A stretch of 45,388 nucleotides of DNA from Bacteriovoracaceae bacterium. GTDB lineage: Bacteria > Bdellovibrionota > Bacteriovoracia > Bacteriovoracales > Bacteriovoracaceae. Below, one piece after another: positions 9,421 through 19,192 of the stretch. Where the stretch lies: assembly GCA_049599895.1 (NCBI GenBank), contig JBMYPC010000005.1:1-45388 (forward strand). Reading direction: 5' to 3'. Position numbers and translations under genes: made by a program. The notes below the pieces were generated by a model, which worked only from the letters and a program-made list of their open reading frames with translations, had not been told where the DNA came from and ran no database searches. Each line of letters starts with the position of its first letter. Position 1 is the stretch's first letter.

Positions 9421-10401
9421 TTGGATCAGAATGATAACTTTGCTTTAGACTTTGAAAAGCCGGTTAAAGAACTTGAAGATCAAATTTATGATCTCAAGGA
9501 AGCCTCAAAAAGACCCCATATTGATTTAAGTGCTGAAGTTGAAGCACTTCAAAATAAAGTCCAAACACTGCTTAAGGATATTTATCAGAACCTTTCAATT
9601 TGGGAACGTGTCCAGATTTCAAGACATCCAAAGAGGCCCCATACGGTTGATTATTTAGAAAACCTTTTTGATGAGTTTGAAGAAATTAAAGGGGACCGTT
9701 TCTTTGCTAATGACCCTGCTGTGATTACGGGCTTTGCCTATATTGGAAAGCAAAAGTTTTGTGTTGTGGGGATTGAGAAAGGTCGAAAGACAAAAGATAA
9801 AATTAAGAGAAACTTTGGGATGCCAAGACCTGAAGGCTATAGAAAAGCTAAAAGAGTTATGGATATGGCCTCAAGGTTTAATCTTCCTATTATAACTTTA
9901 GTCGATACTCCTGGTGCCTATCCTGGAATTGGAGCTGAAGAGCGTGGTCAGTCTAGCGCTATTGCTGAAAGTATCATGAAGATGTTTGATCTTAATGTTC
10001 CTGTTATCTCAATTATCATTGGAGAGGGTGGTTCTGGTGGGGCTTTAGGCATTGCCGTTGCCGATAAAGTTCTTATGCTTGAACATTCCATCTATTCTGT
10101 TATCTCTCCCGAGTCATGTGCTTCAATTCTCTGGGCCGATCCGAAAATGGCAGAGAATGCAGCGAATGCTCTTAAGCTTGAATCTCCAAAAGCCTTTGAA
10201 CTTGGAGTGGTTGATGAAATTGTCACTGAACCAATTGGTGGAGCCCATCGATCTCCAAAAGCTCTATATGAAAGTTTAGGTCAAGCTATTTTGAAAAATG
10301 TAGATGAGCTAAGAAAACTTGAAGTCAATGATTTAAAAGAGAATCGTTATAAGAAATTTCGCACTATGGGGAACCAAACGATTACTAATGTAGAGTCGTA
10401 G
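9421..10401 (+). CDS. accA: Acetyl-CoA carboxylase carboxyltransferase subunit alpha
   Basis: LDFEKP, RNFGMPRPEGYRKA, DTPGAYPGIGAEERGQ, GEGGSGGAL. Confidence 0.98.
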   Translation: MDQNDNFALDFEKPVKELEDQIYDLKEASKRPHIDLSAEVEALQNKVQTLLKDIYQNLSIWERVQISRHPKRPHTVDYLENLFDEFEEIKGDRFFANDPAVITGFAYIGKQKFCVVGIEKGRKTKDKIKRNFGMPRPEGYRKAKRVMDMASRFNLPIITLVDTPGAYPGIGAEERGQSSAIAESIMKMFDLNVPVISIIIGEGGSGGALGIAVADKVLMLEHSIYSVISPESCASILWADPKMAENAANALKLESPKAFELGVVDEIVTEPIGGAHRSPKALYESLGQAILKNVDELRKLEVNDLKENRYKKFRTMGNQTITNVES

Positions 10402-10430
10402 AGATTCTAGAACAAAACGAGAGTTGAAAA

Positions 10431-11318
10431 ATGAATTTAGAGAATACACAAGTTCAGTCAATGACAGGCTTTGGAAGAGGTGAGGCCACAAATGATAACT
10501 TTCGAATTGTTGTAGAGATTAAGAGTGTTAATCACCGATATAAAGACTTTCGCTTTCGAATGCCTTCAATTTTTAATAAGCAAGAGATGCAGTTTAAGAG
10601 TCTTATTGGGAAAGCCTTTAATAGAGGATCTTTTGATATTTCTTTAAACATTAAGAGCTCAAATGCTGATTCAGGCGTTCGTGATATCGATTATTCAAAA
10701 GTTAATAACTTTTTAAATGGCTTTAAGTCTGAGACGGGGCTCTCTGATGCAAGTTGTGCTGTAAGGCCAACTGATTTTTTAAGAAATGAGTTTTATTTTG
10801 ATCTTGAGGACCGTGAAAGTGCTCTTCTTGAGTTAGGAATGAAAGCGTTCGAAGACGCTATTTCAAAGATCGAAGAATCAAGACTTGAAGAAGGAAAGAA
10901 GCTTTCAAAAATTGTTGAAACCCATATCAATCGTTATGAAGGAAAGTTTCAAGAGCTATGTGATGAAGCTAAGAAGATTAATGATGTGGTCAAGACAAGA
11001 CTGCAGGAAAGGTTTCAAGAATTTAAAGAAGAGATTAGTGTTGATGAACCACGCTTTATGCAAGAAGTTCTTTTTTATTTAGAAAAACTTGATGTGAATG
11101 AAGAGATGAACCGTATTAAGGCCCATCTCGAAAGATTTGAGTCTTTGTTTAAATCAAAGAAAGAATTAGGACGTGAGGTTGAGTTTGTTCTTCAAGAACT
11201 TAATCGAGAAACCAACACGATTGGTTCAAAATCGACTCTTTCTGAAGTTTCAAAAAGAGTTGTTGATATGAAAGTTGAACTCGAAAAAATTCGAGAGCAA
11301 GGATTAAATTTACAATAA
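10431..11318 (+). CDS. yicC: YicC/YloC family endoribonuclease
   Basis: SMTGFGR, EIKSVNHRY, QELNRETNTIGSK, LEKIREQ. Confidence 0.95.
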   Translation: MNLENTQVQSMTGFGRGEATNDNFRIVVEIKSVNHRYKDFRFRMPSIFNKQEMQFKSLIGKAFNRGSFDISLNIKSSNADSGVRDIDYSKVNNFLNGFKSETGLSDASCAVRPTDFLRNEFYFDLEDRESALLELGMKAFEDAISKIEESRLEEGKKLSKIVETHINRYEGKFQELCDEAKKINDVVKTRLQERFQEFKEEISVDEPRFMQEVLFYLEKLDVNEEMNRIKAHLERFESLFKSKKELGREVEFVLQELNRETNTIGSKSTLSEVSKRVVDMKVELEKIREQGLNLQ

Positions 11319-11881
11319 TGAAAAGTGCAAAAGTCATCGTTATCGTTGCTCCTTCGGGAACCGGAAAGTCGACAATTATGAAGCGACTTCTCGAGACTGT
11401 TGATGCCTTAAAAGAGTCTATCTCTTTCACAACAAGACCTATTAGAGTTGGAGAAGCTCACGGGGTTGATTATCAATTTGTCTCGGAAGAAGAGTTTGAA
11501 ATAAGAATCGATGAAGGTGAATTTATTGAATGGGCGAAAGTTCATGGTAATTATTACGGGACTTCGCAAAAAGTTGTTGAAAAGTCTCTTTCTGAAGGAC
11601 AGAACTTACTATGTGATCTTGATGTGCAAGGTGCCGATAACATAAAAAAAGCATTCAATGAAAATGCTTTAATTATTTTCATAGCTCCTCCAACTTTGGA
11701 TGAGCTTGAGAGAAGATTAAGGCATCGAGGCACTGATCGAACTGATGTGATTAATTTAAGGCTTTTAAATGCTCGATCCGAAATGGAAAGGCGAAATGAT
11801 TATGACCATCTCGTGATTAATGATGATTTAGACAAAGCTTACAGCGAAGTGAAAGCAATAATAGAAGACGCAATAAAGTAA
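11318..11881 (+). CDS. gmk: Guanylate kinase
   Basis: APSGTGKST, TTRPIR.GE.HGVDY.F, EWAKVHGNYYGT, DLDVQGA. Confidence 0.98.
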   Translation: MKSAKVIVIVAPSGTGKSTIMKRLLETVDALKESISFTTRPIRVGEAHGVDYQFVSEEEFEIRIDEGEFIEWAKVHGNYYGTSQKVVEKSLSEGQNLLCDLDVQGADNIKKAFNENALIIFIAPPTLDELERRLRHRGTDRTDVINLRLLNARSEMERRNDYDHLVINDDLDKAYSEVKAIIEDAIK

Positions 11882-14073
11882 TGAACAGATTAGATTTTTC
11901 CCATGAAAGAGATTTAGATGTTAATGAGCTGATTCGAAGAATCGAAGCTTATAACAAGGATGTTGATAAAGATCTCTTAACGAAATCATTTGAGTTTGCT
12001 GATAAGGCCCATAAGGGACAGAAGAGAAGTTCAGGAGAAGACTATATTATTCATCCTCTTAATGTTTCGGCGACCTTGGCAAAGCTTCGAATGGATACTG
12101 ATAGTATTATTGCTGGTCTTCTTCATGACGTTGTTGAAGACTGTGATGTCAGTCCAGCAGATATCGAGAAAGAGTTTTCCAAAGAAATCGCTCAAATTGT
12201 TGTGGGGCTTACTAAAATTTCCAAGATTAAATTTAAAACAAAAGAAGAGTCTCAAGCTGAGAACTTTCGAAACATGGTTGTGGCCATGGCCAAAGATCTT
12301 CGAGTCATTATCGTAAAACTTGCTGATCGAATGCATAATATGAGAACCCTTCAATATGTTTCTGATGAAAAGCAAAAGAAGGTTGCAAAAGAAACTCTTG
12401 ATATTTATGTCCCTCTTGCAAACCGCCTTGGTATTAACTCTGTTAAATCCGAGCTTGAAGACCTTTGTTTAAGGTTTCTCCACCCTGATATTTATTATCG
12501 ACTGGCTGAAAAAGTCGCGATGAAGAAATCAGAAAGAGAAAAGTATATTCGTGAGACTTTAGGATTTGTTGAAGACAAGCTCATTGAATATTCTCTTAAG
12601 GCGGAGGTTAAAGGAAGACCAAAGCATTTCTATTCAATCTATAAAAAGATGACCTCTCGCGGAGTGGACTTTGAACAGATTCAGGACATTCTGGCATTTC
12701 GAGTGATCGTGACGAATATTACCGAATGTTACAAAGCTTTAGGGATTATCCATTCATCATTTAAGCCAATTCCTGGTCGGTTTAAAGACTATATTGCGAT
12801 TCCTAAAGTGAATAATTATCAAAGTCTTCATACAACAGTCATTGGTCCTCATGCTGAGAGAATTGAAATTCAAATTCGAACTCAGGATATGGATGAAGTT
12901 GCTGAAAAAGGTGTTGCAGCTCATTGGAAGTACAAAGAAGGTTTGACAAAGTCTTCCACTGAAAAACTTGATTGGGTTCAAGAGCTTCTTGAGTTTAATA
13001 AAAATATGGAGAACAACTCTGAGTTTATGTCGGCAGTAAAAAACGACTTAGATATTGGAGGTGTTTTTGTCTTTACTCCTAAGGGAGACGTTCGAGAGCT
13101 TCGCCATGGAGCGACTCCACTTGATTTTGCTTATGCGGTTCATACTGAAGTCGGTAATCGTACTGTCGGTGCGAAGGTTAACGGGAAAATGGTCCCGCTT
13201 CGTTATACTCTTAAGTCTGGTGATACAGTTGAGATTTTAACAAGTAATAGTCAGACTCCTTCGAAAGACTGGCTTAAAATTGTTCGCTCAAGTCGCGCGA
13301 AAACAAAAATTAAGCAATGGCTTTTAAAAATTGAGCGAGACAATAATAAAAAAGTTGGAAAAGAGATTATTGAGAAAGCCTTGAGAGTTTTTGGAACATC
13401 CTTAAAGGCGATTAAGAAAAGTGGCGACATTGATAAAGTCGTGAAGGGTCTTCATTGTGCCAATGAGGAAGAGTTTTATATCTATATCGGTTCAGGGAAA
13501 GTTCAGCCAAAAGAAGTTGTCCAGTACATTCCTGGTTTAAATATTGAAGAAGATGAGCCAGAAAATAATGAAAAGATTCAAGAAATTGATTCCTATACGG
13601 AGAAGCTTACAAAGAATATTAGAAGGAAGGCCCATAAAGATAATGCCGTTATCGTTGATGGCATGGATGACTTGATGGTACGTCTTGCAAGATGCTGCAA
13701 TCCTATACCAGGTGATGACATTGTCGGTTACATCACTAGAGGACGTGGTATTACAGTCCACACTGTTGCCTGTCCAAGAGCTGAGCAAGGTGAGCTTGGA
13801 AGAACAATTGATGTCGAGTGGAACCCTGAATTTGCCTTTAGACATTCAGTTAATGTTCGAGTGATTACCCATGACAAACCTGGGATTCTTTCCCAAATTT
13901 CAAAATGCATCAATGGTGTAGGTGTGAATATTCGTTCGGCAATGGCAAAGTCTCTTCCTGATCGTAAGGGAAGCTTTGTTTTTGAAATAGAGGTTAAAGA
14001 TTATTCGGAACTTTTAAAAACCTGCAGTGTTATTGAAGGTGTTGATGAAGTGATTTCTGTTTCAAGAATCTAG
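11881..14073 (+). CDS. spoT: Bifunctional (p)ppGpp synthetase/hydrolase (long RSH, Rel/SpoT)
   Basis: HD domain (IIHP, LHDVVED), RFKDY, YQSLHTTV, EIQIRT, TGS domain (TPLDFAYAVHT), CCNPIPGD, C-terminal ACT domain. Confidence 0.95.
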   Translation: MNRLDFSHERDLDVNELIRRIEAYNKDVDKDLLTKSFEFADKAHKGQKRSSGEDYIIHPLNVSATLAKLRMDTDSIIAGLLHDVVEDCDVSPADIEKEFSKEIAQIVVGLTKISKIKFKTKEESQAENFRNMVVAMAKDLRVIIVKLADRMHNMRTLQYVSDEKQKKVAKETLDIYVPLANRLGINSVKSELEDLCLRFLHPDIYYRLAEKVAMKKSEREKYIRETLGFVEDKLIEYSLKAEVKGRPKHFYSIYKKMTSRGVDFEQIQDILAFRVIVTNITECYKALGIIHSSFKPIPGRFKDYIAIPKVNNYQSLHTTVIGPHAERIEIQIRTQDMDEVAEKGVAAHWKYKEGLTKSSTEKLDWVQELLEFNKNMENNSEFMSAVKNDLDIGGVFVFTPKGDVRELRHGATPLDFAYAVHTEVGNRTVGAKVNGKMVPLRYTLKSGDTVEILTSNSQTPSKDWLKIVRSSRAKTKIKQWLLKIERDNNKKVGKEIIEKALRVFGTSLKAIKKSGDIDKVVKGLHCANEEEFYIYIGSGKVQPKEVVQYIPGLNIEEDEPENNEKIQEIDSYTEKLTKNIRRKAHKDNAVIVDGMDDLMVRLARCCNPIPGDDIVGYITRGRGITVHTVACPRAEQGELGRTIDVEWNPEFAFRHSVNVRVITHDKPGILSQISKCINGVGVNIRSAMAKSLPDRKGSFVFEIEVKDYSELLKTCSVIEGVDEVISVSRI

Positions 14074-14705
14074 TAATCCCAAAGGATTAAGAAAATAAAC
14101 CCACGAATAAATTTATAGACTTCTTTGAGAAGAATTTTAATATTTCGAGGCACCAGATAGTCTGCTTCAAGGCCCATGTAGTAGAAATTTGTTTCAACAT
14201 TACTTGGTTTCATACTCTCTACTGTGAGTTTTATTCGAGCAAGATGGTAATCATGAGAGATAATGAGAACGTCATTAATCCCTTTGTTTCTTTCAAGATA
14301 GCTATAGGTTGAAAGAACATTCTCAATAGTATTTCGGGCACTATAATCAATTTCGACGAGATCAGGATCGAGGAGACCCTTTATTTTGTAATTCGAAACA
14401 AGTGTTGCCACGGTGTTTTTTGAGTAGACTCCAGAAATAAAGATCTTTGGCTGTTTAAACTTTTGCGAAAGTTCAACAGTGTAGGGGATACGCCCTGAAT
14501 GGCCTGTGAAGGCAACAATCAGATCGGGCTGTTTTTGAAAAAGTTGTTTTTCTGATGAACTTGAAATTTGTTTGGAAAAGTAGATAAGAACACCAGAGGC
14601 GACAAGGTAGGCGATAAAGCAAAGAAAGACCATGAGAAGCAAGATGCTAAACTGTCTTTTGTATCTGGTCGCTCTGGTTTCAAAAACGTACTTACTTTTA
14701 AACAT
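14070..14705 (-). CDS. YdcF/DUF218 (ElyC-like) family protein
   Basis: N-terminal TM, IVAFTG..GRI, IFISG, ARNTIEN, SHDYHLAR, KEVYK. Confidence 0.85.
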   Translation of the reverse strand: MFKSKYVFETRATRYKRQFSILLLMVFLCFIAYLVASGVLIYFSKQISSSSEKQLFQKQPDLIVAFTGHSGRIPYTVELSQKFKQPKIFISGVYSKNTVATLVSNYKIKGLLDPDLVEIDYSARNTIENVLSTYSYLERNKGINDVLIISHDYHLARIKLTVESMKPSNVETNFYYMGLEADYLVPRNIKILLKEVYKFIRGFIFLILWDY

Positions 14706-14710
14706 TGGCT

Positions 14711-15088
14711 TTATTTTATTGCAATAACCTCAATTTCGACTAAAGCATCTTTGGGAAGTCTCGAAACTTCAACGCAGCTTCTCGCTGGGTATGGGGTTTC
14801 AAAGTATTTAACGTAATGTTGATTAACGATATCAAACTGAGAAAGATCTTTTAAAAAGACTGTTGTTTTGCAGATATTTCTTCTCGTAAGATTAGAATGC
14901 TCTAAGAGTCCATCAATATTCTTAAGAATCTGGGTCATTTGACCTTCAAAATCACTTGCCATTTCTCCTGTCTCTGGACTGATTCCAATCTGCCCAGAAT
15001 AAAGAATGAGTTCTCCTAAATCAACGCCTTGAGAATAAGTTCCTACGGCTTTAGGTGCTTTTTCTGATGAGATGATGTCATAATTCAT
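14711..15088 (-). CDS. ridA: RidA family reactive intermediate deaminase
   Basis: APKAVGTYSQ, SGQIG, KTTVFL, PARSCVEVSRLPKDALVEIE. Confidence 0.93.
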   Translation of the reverse strand: MNYDIISSEKAPKAVGTYSQGVDLGELILYSGQIGISPETGEMASDFEGQMTQILKNIDGLLEHSNLTRRNICKTTVFLKDLSQFDIVNQHYVKYFETPYPARSCVEVSRLPKDALVEIEVIAIK

Positions 15089-15105
15089 ACTAATTCCTTT
15101 TAACT

Positions 15106-17400
15106 TTAACTTTTATCTACAGACAATAATGCTGTGAGGTTTACCATGTTTACAACCTCGGTGATGCTCGCTGTTCTTTGAATAATATTAATAGGCTTAT
15201 TCATTGGAACTAGGATAGGCCCAATAGCAGTACAATCACTTAATTGTTGTAGCAGTTTGTAGCTAATATTGGCAGAGTTAAGATCAGGAAAGATTAAAAC
15301 ATCTGCTGGTTGATCGAGAGTTGAAAAATTAAAGAGTTTGTCGAGAATATTTTTATTAACGGCAACATCAGCTTGAAGTTCACCATCAACAATAAGTTTA
15401 GGACTTTTTTCTTTTGTGAGTTCAACAGCCTTTTTTACTTTCTTCGCTTCTGGGTGCTTGTTTGATCCAAAGTTAGAAAAGCTGAGAAATGCCACTCTTG
15501 GATCATGTCTCATAAGAGTTCGGTAGAGATTGGCTGTACTCAGGGCAATTTCTGATAGGTCTTCAGCATTAGGAGCGATATTAGCAGTACAATCGGCGAG
15601 AAAAAGAACTCGATCTTTAAATACTAAGATAAAGATACCGGCAGCTTTTCTTTTATCTTTTGTCCCAATCACTCTCATCGCAGGGGAGAAACATTGAGGA
15701 AAGTTAAGGGTTGGTCCACTCATCACAGCATTAACGAGTCCATCTCTTAGCATCATATTACTAAAATAAGTTTCCTGGCCCATAAGATCTTCTGCATGAT
15801 AATAACTAATCCCTTCCCGTTGTTTTGCTTTCGTAAGGTCTTCAATGTATTCCGTTCGCTTAGGATGGTGAAGAGGATCAACGACTTCAACTTCATTCAA
15901 TGATTCATAACCAAGTTTTTTAATTTTATTTTTGATTCTTTCAGGGTCACCAATCAGAATAGGTTCAATGAAGTCATCATTAAGAATTTGTTTAATGGCC
16001 CCAAGGATACGAGCATTGGAACCTTCTGCGAAGGCAATTTTAATCTTGCTTCCTTTTTTCTTTTGAAGAGTACTCAGACGATCTCTAATAGACTTCATAA
16101 ATGAAGCACTGGTATTGAGTCTGTGTGTAAGGAGAGCTTGATATTCAGAGATGTCATTAATTGTTTCTCTCGCGACTCCTGAATCCATTGCTGCTTTTGC
16201 TACTGCAGGTGCAACCCGAGTGAGAACTCTAGGATCAAATGGTTTAGGAATTAAATAGTTTCGACCAAAGGCAAAGTCTTGGTTGTCATAGGCCATTTTG
16301 ACTTCGTCAGGAACTTCTTCCTTTGCTAGATTGGCAAGAGCATGAACAGCTGCAAGCTTCATTTCTTTATTAATACAAGTCGCTTGAATATCAAGGGCCC
16401 CACGAAAAATAAAAGGGAAGCCAAGGACATTATTGACTTGATTTGGAAAATCACTTCTTCCAGTTGCCATGATGGCATCATTTCTTACTTCAAAAACTTC
16501 ATGAGGATAGATTTCTGGTTCAGGGTTTGCCATTGCAAAAATGATAGGGTTTTTTGCCATGGTCCCAACCATTTCTTTTGTCAGGATTCCTCTTGCTGAA
16601 CAACCAATAAAAGCATCAGCATCTTTCATTGCATCGGCTAAGCTTCGCCTGTCAGTCTCGATTGCAAACTCTTCTTTGTATTTATTCATACCTGCCTCGC
16701 GACCTTTGTAGATTACACCTTTTGAGTCACACATAAGAAGATTTTGAGGATTGACTCCAAGATCAAAGAAGAGTTTCGCACAGGCGATAGAAGCTGCACC
16801 TGCACCACTGAAGACAACTTTCACATCACTGATCTTCTTATCCGCGACTTCAACGGCATTAATAAATCCCGCTGTTGCAATAATCGCTGTTCCATGTTGA
16901 TCATCATGAAAAACAGGTATGTTCATTTTTTCAGAAAGTTCTCTTTCAATGTCAAAGCATTCAGGAGCTTTGATGTCTTCTAGGTTTACCCCTCCAAAAG
17001 TTGGTTCAAGGCTCGAGACAACTTTAACCATGCCTTCAACTGTTGGTTCATCAACTTCAATGTCAAAAACATCGATGTCAGCGAATCTTTTAAAAAGGAC
17101 TCCTTTTCCTTCCATTACTGGTTTGCCGGCAAGAGCTCCAATATTTCCTAAACCAAGGACAGCGCTCCCATTTGAAATAACGGCAACAAGATTTCCTTTT
17201 GCTGTGTATTTATAGGCTTTGTTAGGATCATCAGCAATTTCAAGACAAGGTTGTGCAACTCCTGGGGTATAAGCAAGGGAGAGATCGAATGATGTTAAAC
17301 AAGGTTTTGTCGGTGAGACTTCGATTTTTCCTGGACGATCCCCTTCATGGTAATCGAGTGCAAGTTTGTTAAATTCTTCGTTATTAGTCTTTTTGGACAC
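15106..17400 (-). CDS. maeB: NADP-dependent malic enzyme with phosphotransacetylase-like domain
   Basis: [39 protein letters not shown], then a PTA-like domain (FAEG, DGELQAD, GPIL). Confidence 0.96.
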   Translation of the reverse strand: MSKKTNNEEFNKLALDYHEGDRPGKIEVSPTKPCLTSFDLSLAYTPGVAQPCLEIADDPNKAYKYTAKGNLVAVISNGSAVLGLGNIGALAGKPVMEGKGVLFKRFADIDVFDIEVDEPTVEGMVKVVSSLEPTFGGVNLEDIKAPECFDIERELSEKMNIPVFHDDQHGTAIIATAGFINAVEVADKKISDVKVVFSGAGAASIACAKLFFDLGVNPQNLLMCDSKGVIYKGREAGMNKYKEEFAIETDRRSLADAMKDADAFIGCSARGILTKEMVGTMAKNPIIFAMANPEPEIYPHEVFEVRNDAIMATGRSDFPNQVNNVLGFPFIFRGALDIQATCINKEMKLAAVHALANLAKEEVPDEVKMAYDNQDFAFGRNYLIPKPFDPRVLTRVAPAVAKAAMDSGVARETINDISEYQALLTHRLNTSASFMKSIRDRLSTLQKKKGSKIKIAFAEGSNARILGAIKQILNDDFIEPILIGDPERIKNKIKKLGYESLNEVEVVDPLHHPKRTEYIEDLTKAKQREGISYYHAEDLMGQETYFSNMMLRDGLVNAVMSGPTLNFPQCFSPAMRVIGTKDKRKAAGIFILVFKDRVLFLADCTANIAPNAEDLSEIALSTANLYRTLMRHDPRVAFLSFSNFGSNKHPEAKKVKKAVELTKEKSPKLIVDGELQADVAVNKNILDKLFNFSTLDQPADVLIFPDLNSANISYKLLQQLSDCTAIGPILVPMNKPINIIQRTASITEVVNMVNLTALLSVDKS

Positions 17401-17465
17401 GGCGTTATCCTCTTGATATGTAGCAGTTTCGTATTAGAATAGTTTAACGCTCTCGAGGAAATAAA

Positions 17466-18863
17466 TCATCTTTGTGAAGAAAGATTTTTGAATTTGAACA
17501 GAGTAAGGCAACTAAAACTCACCAGTACTCCCACGTAAAGTGAATCAATAATCTCAAGCCCTAAAGGCTTTTTCATTAGTGGCCAAGAGCATACTGTAAT
17601 AGCTGACAGGATGCAGGCAAAAAAGAATTGTTTGTCACTGGGTTTTCTATTTGAAAATTGACTAAAAAGAACAGGGAATAAAAGACAGGATGCAGAAAGT
17701 CCGCCAAGACTTTTCCAAACCGCTTTAATATTCCCCTCAAAAGTGAGAGCTAGGATATAGGCGAGAAGGCCCGAGCAAACAAGTCCAATCCGATGAAACT
17801 TGATACCATTTTGATTACGTTTTTTGAGAATATCGTAAGAGAATGTAGTACCTGATAGGAATAGATAACTATCAAGTGTTGAAAGAACAGTCGCAAGAAT
17901 CCCAGCAAGAAAAAAACCTTTAAGGCCATTCGGGAGTAAATCCAGTGAATAGGCAAGATAGGCCCCAGATGAATCGGCTTGTGGCATTGCCGCCTTTGCA
18001 TACATTGCACCAAAAGTTGTGCAGATATCGAAAAGAAACCAAATAAGAGTTGAGGTAAGAATTCCTTTCCTTGCGACTTTTTCAGAACTTGCAGCAAAGC
18101 ATCTTTGATAGAAGTTGGGATCAACAAGAGTTGAAAGAGCAATGAGTCCCCAGGCAAAGACCTCTAAAAGTGGCTGATTTCCAAAAGGAGAAAAATAACT
18201 TTCAGGGAGATGACTTGTAAGATAGTCCCAAGAGCCAAAGTTTATAATTGAGAAAATTAAAACAAAGGCAACACTGAAGCACATTACAAAAAACTGAACC
18301 ATGTCAGAAAAGACAACAGAACGAAATCCACCTTTAAATGAGTAGCTGAGTACAACAGCAAGTCCTAAAAGCATGGATATTGAAAGATCAAGGTTGAAGA
18401 GAGTTTTGAGAAACAATCCCAGTCCTATAGTGTAACTTATTGGCAAAATGTTAATGAAATTAAAAAGAGAGCTCAGCTTTGCCGATCGTGGTCCAATTGT
18501 ATTTTCAATTAAGTTTGGCAGTGTTACAGATTCTTTAGAATAAACTTTTGGCAGCAAAAAGAGAGCAAAAATCAGATAACTCACATACCAAAACACTCCT
18601 TGAGTAATAAGATTATAAATCCCATTATTAAAAGCGATCTCTGTGACACCAAATATTCCGCCGTACCAAGTCGCGACTAATGTCGCAATAAACATAGGAA
18701 GGGTAAGCATTCTTCCCATGAGAAGATGGTCGATGATACTCGTTTGTTTCTTAAGTTTCTTTCGATGGTTTCCCCACCAAACAGCATAAAAAGTTATACC
18801 GAGAATAAGAAAAAAGACAAAATAATCTAAAAAGTTAAGAGATTTAAGATTTGAACCTAGCAT
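17466..18863 (-). CDS. Sodium:solute symporter family protein, predicted thiamine or precursor transporter
   Basis: ATLVATWYGG, GGFRSVVFSD, DPNFYQRCFAA, LSTLDS, many TM segments; ATG at 18863 follows AAGGAG; TPP riboswitch directly upstream. Confidence 0.88.
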   Translation of the reverse strand: MLGSNLKSLNFLDYFVFFLILGITFYAVWWGNHRKKLKKQTSIIDHLLMGRMLTLPMFIATLVATWYGGIFGVTEIAFNNGIYNLITQGVFWYVSYLIFALFLLPKVYSKESVTLPNLIENTIGPRSAKLSSLFNFINILPISYTIGLGLFLKTLFNLDLSISMLLGLAVVLSYSFKGGFRSVVFSDMVQFFVMCFSVAFVLIFSIINFGSWDYLTSHLPESYFSPFGNQPLLEVFAWGLIALSTLVDPNFYQRCFAASSEKVARKGILTSTLIWFLFDICTTFGAMYAKAAMPQADSSGAYLAYSLDLLPNGLKGFFLAGILATVLSTLDSYLFLSGTTFSYDILKKRNQNGIKFHRIGLVCSGLLAYILALTFEGNIKAVWKSLGGLSASCLLFPVLFSQFSNRKPSDKQFFFACILSAITVCSWPLMKKPLGLEIIDSLYVGVLVSFSCLTLFKFKNLSSQR

Positions 18864-18865
18864 AG

Positions 18866-18956
18866 TAGTCTCCTTGCGCACGCATTATCGATACAAGTTC
18901 AAAGGGTCGAACCTTCTCTTAAGTGAGGCCCTCTCAGCAATTTGCTCCCCTGACAG
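18866..18956 (-). ncRNA. TPP (THI-box) riboswitch, variant
   Basis: Minus strand GTCAGGGGAGC-AAATT-GCTGAGAG...GACCCTTTGAACTTGTATCGATAATGCGTGCGCAAGGAGAC contains GGGG/CCCT P2, CUGAGA, AUAAUG loop and GCG. Confidence 0.85.
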
Positions 18957-19192
18957 ATAAATTGAGATTAATAGATTGTAGGGAATTTGAATAGAACTTT
19001 CTTTTTCGATAAAAAAGTGGCCAAACTTGCACCAGTCAGTGCCAAAGCACCTCCAGAGAATTTCAGATTTTCAAAAATCTCTTTCACCTAGTGAGAATTT
19101 ATCAGGGTTATTTTTCCCGCAAAACAATTTTGTCATCTATACTCATCACAGGTTTTTACAGGGAGTGAAGGCCTTTTCCTAAAAAAAGGGAG

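Noticed and set aside
18864..18881. GTG start at 18881 for the symporter
   Set aside because: Lies inside the riboswitch; ATG at 18863 has the SD.
19015..19046. Sigma-54-like TGGC...TGC elements on both strands
   Set aside because: GG-to-GC spacing is 8 and 11 nt, not the required 10.
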